Positions 57,193 to 64,000 of a DNA stretch of 64,000 bases are shown piece by piece. The stretch is taken from NCBI GenBank assembly GCA_964607835.1, contig CAZSLL010000005.1:4785-68784 (forward strand). Direction: 5' to 3'. How positions within the stretch are numbered: position 1 is the stretch's first letter; every line of letters starts with the position of its first letter. This DNA is from an uncultured archaeon (GTDB lineage: Archaea; Aenigmatarchaeota; Aenigmatarchaeia; QMZP01). Below the pieces are notes generated by a model, which did not search any database, was not told where the DNA came from, and saw nothing but the letters and a program-made list of their open reading frames with translations. The position numbers and the translations under genes were made by a program.

Positions 57193-57795
57193 ATGGAAAC
57201 GAGGATGGCGCTGGTGAGGCACGGAGACGCGGGCTATCCCTGGGGGACCCTGGTTGGGTCCACTGACGCTGAGCTGGCTGAGGGGGCCCTGGAGAAGGCG
57301 GGTAAGGTCGGGAAGAGGCTTAAGGCAGAGGGCCTGTCTGCCCTTTATTCGAGCGCCCTGAAGAGGGCCTGGAAGACAGCAGAGGCCATCGGAAAGGAAA
57401 CCGGACTGGAAAATGAAAGGATAAGGGAGCTCAACGAGATAAGCTTCGGCAGGCTGGAGGGCAAGTTCAAGGGCAAAATCATGGAGACCTGGCCCACCTT
57501 CGAGGAGGAGTTCAGGAAGGACCCCTGGGGGTTCAGGTTCCCTGGGGGCGAGACCTTTACCGAGGTGAGGGAGAGGACACTGCCAGTAGTGGAGGAGCTC
57601 TTCAGGAGACACGAGGGCAAGGCATTCTGCGTGGTGGCCCATGGTGACGTCAACCTCATACTGTTATCCGCACTGACCGGGATGCCCGTAATGGAGGCCA
57701 TGGACAGGGGGCTTCCCAACCTGGCCACCCTGTTCTTTAAAAAGAATAGGGACAAGATTGCACTGGAGAAGAGCTGGGGGATTCAGTATGAGTGA
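57193..57795 (+). CDS. Histidine-phosphatase superfamily protein (phosphoglycerate-mutase-like)
   Basis: It has LVRHGDAG (the RHG motif) and a downstream His (VVAHGDVN). Confidence 0.6.
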   Translation: METRMALVRHGDAGYPWGTLVGSTDAELAEGALEKAGKVGKRLKAEGLSALYSSALKRAWKTAEAIGKETGLENERIRELNEISFGRLEGKFKGKIMETWPTFEEEFRKDPWGFRFPGGETFTEVRERTLPVVEELFRRHEGKAFCVVAHGDVNLILLSALTGMPVMEAMDRGLPNLATLFFKKNRDKIALEKSWGIQYE

Positions 57796-58195
57796 TTACG
57801 AGAAACTTCTGGAAAGGGGGCTGAAAAAGGTCCCGGACAAGCAGAAGGCGGCCGACAGGTTCGTCATGCCCACCTCAAGAATCCAGAAGTCAGGGAGCAG
57901 GAGCATTATCACGAATTTCCAGGAGATAGCGGGGGCGCTGAGGAGGGAGCCGAAGCACCTCATGAAGTTCCTCCTCAAGGAACTGGCCACCTCAGGAGAG
58001 CTCAAAGGCCCTGCACTGGAGGTCCAGGGAGGGTTCAGCGCTGATATAGTGAACAAGAAGCTGGACAAGTACGTGGTCAGCTACGTGCGGTGCCCGGAGT
58101 GCGGTAAGCACGACACCAACCTGGTCAAGGAGAAAGGCACCTTGCTCATAAAGTGCGAGGTGTGCGGGGCCAGGGAGCCTGTGAGCAAGGTTTAG
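57788..58195 (+). CDS. eif2b: Translation initiation factor aIF-2 beta subunit
   Basis: It has a C-terminal C4 zinc ribbon (CPECGKHD...CEVCGA) and an eIF2-beta core. Confidence 0.8.
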   Translation: MSDYEKLLERGLKKVPDKQKAADRFVMPTSRIQKSGSRSIITNFQEIAGALRREPKHLMKFLLKELATSGELKGPALEVQGGFSADIVNKKLDKYVVSYVRCPECGKHDTNLVKEKGTLLIKCEVCGAREPVSKV

Positions 58196-58249
58196 CCTGC
58201 AAGGTTATTAACGCATAGAGCGATTCTTTTTATCAGGGAGATGTTTCAC

Positions 58250-58666
58250 ATGAGCAGGAAGTACAGGTTCATAGACGATTTGACGTCTGACGTCATGTTC
58301 GAGGCCAAAGGGAAGGACCTGAAGGAGGTATTCGAGAACGCTGCAGAGGCCATGTTCACGGTAATATGCCAGCTGGAGAAGGTGGGGCAGAAGGAGAGCA
58401 GGGAGGTCGAGGTCACGGGCAGGGACCAGGCTGACCTGCTGTTCAACTGGCTCCAGGAGCTAATCGCCCTTGTGGACATCGAGGGCATGTTCTTTTCCGG
58501 GTTCGAGGTGAAGGAAATCGGGCCCAGAAAGCTGAAGGCAACGGTGAGGGGGGAGCCCGTGACGCCTGAGAAAGGGGAGACCGTGGTCAAGGCACTCACC
58601 TACTACGGGTTCTCGCTCAGGGAGAACAAGGAAGGGTTTGTTGCCAGGGTGAGCCTGGACATATAA
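58250..58666 (+). CDS. Archease (RtcB activator)
   Basis: It has YRFIDDLTSDVMFEAKGKDLKEVFENAAEAM, and it is adjacent to rtcB. Confidence 0.8.
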   Translation: MSRKYRFIDDLTSDVMFEAKGKDLKEVFENAAEAMFTVICQLEKVGQKESREVEVTGRDQADLLFNWLQELIALVDIEGMFFSGFEVKEIGPRKLKATVRGEPVTPEKGETVVKALTYYGFSLRENKEGFVARVSLDI

Positions 58667-58694
58667 CACCATTATATCTTTGCACCGCCAAGAG

Positions 58695-59003
58695 CTACCT
58701 TTTCTCGAGTGAGTTCAGCGCCCGGTACACCTTATTGGAGAAGTTCTCAGGCCTGGGGGTCTGTGCATTGCCCTCGAGTTCGTACATCCTCATGAGCAAG
58801 TCAACCCCGGGCTGGCCCGCCTCTGAGTCAAGGCCGTCCGGGAAGACCTGCAGGTGCCCGCCTGACTCAACCAGGCCCCTCATGAAATCCAGGTCTGCGT
58901 TATAGGCAAACAAGAGATCAGGCCTTCTGATGACTGATATACTGTCCCCGACTGCATCGAACAGCTGTCTGTAGGTGGCCATCTTAGGCAAGGTATTTGT
59001 CAC
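58695..59003 (-). CDS. Hypothetical protein
   Basis: 102-aa ORF. Confidence 0.35.
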   Translation of the reverse strand: MTNTLPKMATYRQLFDAVGDSISVIRRPDLLFAYNADLDFMRGLVESGGHLQVFPDGLDSEAGQPGVDLLMRMYELEGNAQTPRPENFSNKVYRALNSLEKR

Positions 59004-59214
59004 CGAACATTTATAAACCCAGCATGTATACTATGCATATTGCGTGTGCCCGACGCAACCGGCTGTTTCGGGGAAGCAGTTTCGAACACGGCCGGCGTAT
59101 ACGGGCGCAGGGCAAAGCCTTTCAGGCTCTTGTTCTCGTCTTGTAAATGAGGAAATATAACAGTGTTATATCGGCTTGCAGAGCCGTCACTGTACAGAGA
59201 AGGATGTGATTGAA

Positions 59215-60615
59215 ATGAAGGAGAAGCTGGAGAATGTTAATGATTATGAGTGGCACCTCCCAAAGAGCGCCAGGAACGAGATGAGGGTGGATGCCAGGGT
59301 GTTCATGAACAAGCAGCTCATGGACGCGGCAGAGGACGCTGCTGTGGAGCAGCTCACCAACGTTGCCACCCTTCCCGGGGTCATAAACCCTGTTATAGGC
59401 CTCCCCGACATGCACTGGGGCTACGGCCTTCCCATGGGGGCTGTATCAGCGTTCGATGCCCAGGAGGGAATAATATCAGCAGGGCTCTGCGGATTTGACA
59501 TAAACTGCGGAATCAATCTCATAAGGACCAGCCTCAGGGCTGACGAGATAAGGCCCAGGATAAAGCAGCTCATGTCCGAGCTCTTCAATACCATACCCTG
59601 CGGGGTAGGCACCAAGGGAAAGCTCAGGCTCACCCCTGACCAGCTTGATGAGGTTTTGGTCAAGGGCGTGGACTGGGCAATAGAGAACGGCTACGCCACC
59701 AAGGAAGACAAGGCCACCACAGAGGAGGGCGGCCGTATGGAGGGAGCAGACCCCTCCAAGGTGTCTGACCTTGCCAAGAAGAGGGGAGCCCCCCAGCTGG
59801 GCACCCTGGGAGCAGGAAACCACTTCCTCGAGGTCCAGGAGGTCACTGACGTCTTTGACGAGGGAAACCCCTGGGGAGTGAAGGAGAAGGGGCAGACCCT
59901 CATCATGCTGCACTGCGGCTCCAGGGGGCTTGGCCACCAGGTGGCCACTGACTACCTCAAGATACAGGAGCAGGCAGTCAAAAAGTACAACATATGGCTC
60001 CCAGACCAGCAGCTCTCCTGCGCACCAGCCACATCCCAGGAGGGCCAGGACTTCTTCGCAGCCATGAAGGCCGCGGTGAACTACTCATTCACCAACAGGG
60101 CGGTCATGACCAAATGGATAAGGGAGACGTTCGAGCGGGTGTTCGGCCAGTCATGGAAGGACATGGGTATGCAGAATGTTTACGCCATAGCCCACAATAT
60201 CGTGAAGCTCGAGGAGCACAGGATAGAGGGCAAGACCAGGAAGGTCTACGTGCACAGGAAGGGAGCAACCCGCTCCTTCCCGGGAACCCCTGTCATCATT
60301 GCGGGCTCTATGGGCACCTCATCCTACCTGCTCAAGGGCACGGAAACCGCCATGCAGAAGACCTTCGGCAGCTCTGCCCACGGAGCAGGCAGGTCAATGA
60401 GCAGACACGCCGCAATCAAGAGGTTCTGGGGCGGCAAGGTCAGGGAGGACCTGGCAAAGCAGGGCATAACTGCGCAGAGCACCCACCCCAAGGTCCTGTC
60501 AGAGGAGGCCCCCAAGGCATACAAGGACGTGGAGGCTGTCATCGAGACCGTCCACAATGCAGGCATATCCGAGAAGGTGGCCAGGATGGTTCCAATGGGA
60601 GTGGCGAAGGGTTAA
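59215..60615 (+). CDS. rtcB: tRNA-splicing ligase RtcB
   Basis: Full-length RtcB similarity (GAGNHFLEVQEV, HCGSRGLGHQVATDY, AHNIVKLE). Confidence 0.9.
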   Translation: MKEKLENVNDYEWHLPKSARNEMRVDARVFMNKQLMDAAEDAAVEQLTNVATLPGVINPVIGLPDMHWGYGLPMGAVSAFDAQEGIISAGLCGFDINCGINLIRTSLRADEIRPRIKQLMSELFNTIPCGVGTKGKLRLTPDQLDEVLVKGVDWAIENGYATKEDKATTEEGGRMEGADPSKVSDLAKKRGAPQLGTLGAGNHFLEVQEVTDVFDEGNPWGVKEKGQTLIMLHCGSRGLGHQVATDYLKIQEQAVKKYNIWLPDQQLSCAPATSQEGQDFFAAMKAAVNYSFTNRAVMTKWIRETFERVFGQSWKDMGMQNVYAIAHNIVKLEEHRIEGKTRKVYVHRKGATRSFPGTPVIIAGSMGTSSYLLKGTETAMQKTFGSSAHGAGRSMSRHAAIKRFWGGKVREDLAKQGITAQSTHPKVLSEEAPKAYKDVEAVIETVHNAGISEKVARMVPMGVAKG

Positions 60616-60625
60616 CCCTTAAATA

Positions 60626-61450
60626 GTGGTAACACAACAAGGAAACATGCCAGAGATAAGGAACCTCTTCACTGATTACAACGGGACAATTGACCCCAAG
60701 TACCTGGAGATGCCCCTAGCTTACGCTTTGGCACAACGCCACCATGAACGTGGAGAATTCCTCAGGGAATGCTCCCTCAGGATTCCCGGCCAGTGCCTGA
60801 TATGGTCGAAATATTTTAGAAAGGGCTCTGACGCGGTCCTGCCGTACTATGTCAATAAAGTGCTCAAAGGAGAGACCAGAGATGCCCTTGATGATTCCAT
60901 GAGAAGGGTAATTGATATGGACGGTAACCTTACCAGAGGATTGTTCATAAGGGCCATGAAATGGTGCGCTGGTATGGCAGATACAAAGCTGTCTGAAAAG
61001 ATTGGCGAGAGGATATCCGGCGAGTTTGACCCCGAGGCAGTGGAGGTCTTCGAAAAAGCAAGGGAGAAGGGAATGCCCACCGGCATATACTCCCGCTCCC
61101 TGAGGCCGCTCATCCAGGGCTATCTTAAAGGAACCGGGAAGGACGTGTTGTTCGATACGGTCATGGCCAACGAACTCCTTTACGAGGACGGTGTGGTTGC
61201 GGGCCTTCAGGAGAGGGTTGCATCAGGCAAGCCGGGATTCTCCGATGACCTGGCTGCGGCGGGATTCGATGCCAGGGAAACCGCATACGTGGATGACCGT
61301 GATATGGCCCCGCTTGAGCAGGCTGGCCTGGGCATCCTGGCTCCCGGGGCAAAGGAAGAAACAAGGGAGCGCTGCGAGGGCACAAAAATAAAGATTGTGT
61401 CCAGGTGGGGGGAGGTGGGAGACCTCCTGGGGCTCTGGTCTCCTGACTGA
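60626..61450 (+). CDS. HAD-superfamily-like hydrolase (degenerate motif I DYNGT)
   Basis: It has FTDYNGTID and a C-terminal AYVDDRDMAPLEQAG motif-IV-like segment. Confidence 0.45.
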   Translation: MVTQQGNMPEIRNLFTDYNGTIDPKYLEMPLAYALAQRHHERGEFLRECSLRIPGQCLIWSKYFRKGSDAVLPYYVNKVLKGETRDALDDSMRRVIDMDGNLTRGLFIRAMKWCAGMADTKLSEKIGERISGEFDPEAVEVFEKAREKGMPTGIYSRSLRPLIQGYLKGTGKDVLFDTVMANELLYEDGVVAGLQERVASGKPGFSDDLAAAGFDARETAYVDDRDMAPLEQAGLGILAPGAKEETRERCEGTKIKIVSRWGEVGDLLGLWSPD

Positions 61451-61485
61451 GCAGGTTTTATAAACCTCCCGCTCCCTTTCTTATT

Positions 61486-62385
61486 ATGCCAGCATACACC
61501 GAGATGATGAGGCCCGGCAACTGCGCCATGTCCATTGTGGCCGCCCTCATAGGCGCCCTCCTCGCCACAGGGGGGAACCTCACCATATTCATGGACCCGC
61601 TCTCCCCGGCCTACCTGGCCGCACTGGTGGTCTTCCTGATAACGGGAGCGGGCAATGTCATAAATGACTACGTGGACGTGGAGGCAGACAAGGTCAACCG
61701 TCCAAAGAGGCCCATACCCTCGGGAAGGGTCTCCTCGCGTGCCGCGCTTGCCTTTTCTGTCATCCTGTTCGGTTCAGGCATAGCCCTCAGCGCTTTCCTG
61801 ACCTATTACGCACTGGCCCTTGCAGTCTTCAATTCTCTCCTCCTGGTGGTGTACTCGTACCACCTCCAGAACAAGATTCTCATGGGCAACCTGGCCATAG
61901 GCTACCTTGTGGGTTCCACTTTCCTCTTTGGGGGAGCGGCATTCGGCAACCTCTTCCTTGCATCTCTTCTGTTCCTCCTGGCCATGTTCGCCACCATATC
62001 CAGGGAGATAGTCAAGGACCTGGAGGACCTGGAGGGCGACCGCCAGAGCTTCCTCAAGCGGCTCACATCAGGGGCCAAGAAGGTGGCCGAGAGATTCGGG
62101 GTCAAGGACAAGGTGGCTGGCCTTAAGATAGAGAAGAGGAACGCCAAGGCCATAGCATCAGCGAGCATGGTCCTGGCCATCGCTGCATCCCCCCTTCCAT
62201 ACATTTTCGGGGTGCTGGGCATGGTGTATCTGATACTGCTCATACCCACTGATGCGGTTTTCCTTTACTCACTGGTCTCCATAATAAGGGCGGACAAGAG
62301 GAAGCAGTTCAGGAGGAGCAGCAGGCTCATCAAGCTGGGAATGAACATAGGGCTCATAGCGTTCATAGCGGGCGTGCTGGCCTGA
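61486..62385 (+). CDS. Digeranylgeranylglyceryl phosphate synthase (UbiA-family prenyltransferase)
   Basis: It has NDYVDVEADKVNRPKRPIPSG and multiple TM helices. Confidence 0.8.
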   Translation: MPAYTEMMRPGNCAMSIVAALIGALLATGGNLTIFMDPLSPAYLAALVVFLITGAGNVINDYVDVEADKVNRPKRPIPSGRVSSRAALAFSVILFGSGIALSAFLTYYALALAVFNSLLLVVYSYHLQNKILMGNLAIGYLVGSTFLFGGAAFGNLFLASLLFLLAMFATISREIVKDLEDLEGDRQSFLKRLTSGAKKVAERFGVKDKVAGLKIEKRNAKAIASASMVLAIAASPLPYIFGVLGMVYLILLIPTDAVFLYSLVSIIRADKRKQFRRSSRLIKLGMNIGLIAFIAGVLA

Positions 62386-62395
62386 TTCGCAGAAT

Positions 62396-62959
62396 TCATT
62401 TCTTTGATGCTTTCTTGGAAGCAGCCTTCTTGGCTGGCTGGTTCCCTTTCTTCGCCCCTTTCTGCGGGGCAGGTTTCCTCGACGCTTTCTTTGCGGGTTT
62501 TGCCTCTTGCTTAGGAGCGGGCCTCTTAGCAGGCTGCTTTGGTACTGTAGCCGATTCCTTCTGGGCAGCGCCGGGCTGTGCCTCCTGGGGAGCAGGCCTG
62601 GTGTCGCTTTCCTCCACAGGGGTGCCCCGGGGAAAGGCGAAGTGCTGCTGCTTTCCCGGGCTCTGGGCATGCATTACCGGCCTGGGATGCATGAACTCGG
62701 TGAGCCTGGCCATCCTCAGGAACTTCTTCTTCCTGAGCCCGGCGAATGCGGGCAGGAGGCAGGAGAGTATGTACGGAAGGACCAGGATATATGCCACGAA
62801 GGAGAACGCTCCCTGCTGTGTTCCCAGGTTCTCCACCACAGGGGAGCCAGGGAAGGGCTGGAACACAGTGTCGTAGAGGAATATCATGACGAATATCATA
62901 ACAAAGAGCATTATCCTCCCCCTGGTAGGGGCGAGGAAGTCCTTGATACCCATCAGCAT
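62396..62959 (-). CDS. Membrane protein with a C-terminal Lys/Ala/Pro-rich tail
   Basis: There are two or three TM helices and then a tail PAPKQEAKPAKKASRKPAPQKGAKKG.... Confidence 0.4.
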   Translation of the reverse strand: MLMGIKDFLAPTRGRIMLFVMIFVMIFLYDTVFQPFPGSPVVENLGTQQGAFSFVAYILVLPYILSCLLPAFAGLRKKKFLRMARLTEFMHPRPVMHAQSPGKQQHFAFPRGTPVEESDTRPAPQEAQPGAAQKESATVPKQPAKRPAPKQEAKPAKKASRKPAPQKGAKKGNQPAKKAASKKASKK

Positions 62960-63067
62960 GAAACCACTGATTATATTATTGCTGACCTAGTATAAAAACA
63001 AAACCCGGACGCGGAAGCGGCCGCAGGTGAGCTTAATTTAAATCATAAGACAAGAAGGAAAATGATG

Positions 63068-63296
63068 GGCCCGTAGTTCAATGGATTATGGCCTGCCTTG
63101 GCGGGCTGTCCGGAGAGAATGCGGGATTGCGGATCCTGTGATCTGGGTTCGATAGAACCCTTTTGGCCGGTAAACGTCCAAAAGCGGTGTCCGTAAGGAC
63201 ACCATCTGCCAGGGAACCTGACAGAAGCGTTCGCGGAAAGGACGCTGCCGAACTGAGATTTCAGAGGCATTGTTCACGCACGCCCCAGCGGGCCCA
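63068..63296 (+). tRNA. tRNA-like gene of about 229 nt with a T-loop insertion carrying the conserved core, plus further 5' extra sequence; isotype unresolved
   Basis: Acceptor GGGCCCG/CGGGCCC plus A. T-stem CTGGG/CCCAG is split after TTCGA by TAGAACCCTTTTGGCC...CCAAAAGCGG...AGAAGCGTTCGCGGAAAGGACGC.... I could not fold the D and anticodon arms cleanly. Confidence 0.4.
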
Positions 63297-63306
63297 TCCA
63301 TATTCA

Positions 63307-63846
63307 TCAATATTTTGGCCTGCCCCTTCTCCTCACTACGGGCTTGTCCAGGTTCTTCGTGTCTATCCTGTACTTCCTGGGGTTCGTGAACTCAGGAGGG
63401 GACGAAAAGTCATGGAGGTAATCATCAAACTCTATAGTATCGTACGAGAAACCCGCATCCTCTCCCATATATGTCACGAACTTGCCATAGGGCACCGGTA
63501 GCCTCCACCTGGTCTCGGTGAATATCTTCCCGTGGCAAATCTGCTTCACCGCATCCCGCTTGGCCTTCCCGTTAGCCTTCAGCTCGATTATCACTGCATA
63601 CCCGGTGTCCAGCGGAGGTTCCTTATGCCCGTTAGGACCGTGGACGATAATAAGGTCAGGGAACTTGCTCATCTTGATTGGCCTGTGAGGAACCCATATG
63701 GCCTCCTTTGTTATGAGGTCTGCGTTGTGCCTGTCCTCACCAATCTCATCAAGGTGCCTGAGAAGCCTGTTGAGCTCGCTTGAGTGGGGATAGCTGTTGT
63801 AGTCTGTCTCCAGTCTGACTTCCTCAAGAATCCTTCTTCCGCCCAT
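63307..63846 (-). CDS. PD-(D/E)xK-nuclease-like hypothetical protein
   Basis: FPDLIIVHG...AVIIELKANG fits the PD...ExK pattern. Support is weak. Confidence 0.4.
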   Translation of the reverse strand: MGGRRILEEVRLETDYNSYPHSSELNRLLRHLDEIGEDRHNADLITKEAIWVPHRPIKMSKFPDLIIVHGPNGHKEPPLDTGYAVIIELKANGKAKRDAVKQICHGKIFTETRWRLPVPYGKFVTYMGEDAGFSYDTIEFDDYLHDFSSPPEFTNPRKYRIDTKNLDKPVVRRRGRPKY

Positions 63847-64000
63847 GTGTTCCCGAATACGTGTTAGAGGCAGGGATTAAATTCTGACACCGTGCCTGGA
63901 TAAAAAGCTTGCCTTCAAAAATTAAGGACTGATTCTTTCATCCCTTCAGGAGCTTCAGGTCTTCCTTCTCCAGCTCCACTCCCTGCTCCCCTTTCTGGCT

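Overview
The window reads as an archaeal chromosome segment of about 57% GC. The informational genes are archaeal or eukaryote-like: aEF1A, aRF1, aIF2-beta, Cbf5, RpoD/Rpo3, a two-KH NusA, and r-proteins S4e, S6e, S26e, L30e and L40e. A long minus-strand ribosomal superoperon is present but rearranged: S13-S4-S11 | S19 - orphan ORF - L22-S3-L29-SUI1-Rpp29-S17-L14-L24-S4e-L5-S14-S8 | hypothetical - L30e-NusA-RpoD - small ORF - S12-S7. Other recognisable genes are IDI-2, ArsA/Get3, UppS, DGGGP synthase, TatD, NFACT/Rqc2, a DHH-DHHA1 phosphoesterase, a PHP phosphoesterase, Rad50, an RPA-like OB-fold protein, a site-2 protease, RtcB with archease, and a carbamoyltransferase carrying a frameshift at a G9 tract.

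The points most worth a second look are these. (1) A complete sigma-70-family protein with regions 2, 3 and 4 sits directly upstream of the S13-S4-S11 operon in an otherwise archaeal context. (2) Two short hairpin-forming DNA repeats occur in frame inside at least five unrelated genes (uS7, uS3, uL24, a FlaI-like ATPase and an RPA-like protein), where they encode PPKRGEQTE and APAQKAEE tracts. (3) Four tRNA genes carry long non-canonical insertions that share a structured core. (4) A conserved pseudoknot-like element is found in three copies downstream of two of those tRNA genes. (5) A FlaH/FlaI/FlaJ pilus-motor cluster is joined to a Roadblock (MglB-like) protein and a small MglA-like GTPase fused to a pseudo-KaiC domain. 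(6) Bacterial-type genes are present: an SLT lytic transglycosylase and large cysteine-rich surface proteins with MopE-like metal-binding motifs. (7) aRF1 has GGWSQ where the catalytic GGQ loop normally sits. (8) Several genes look disrupted.

The ORF track uses TTG and GTG as starts, so I moved many gene starts to internal ATGs.
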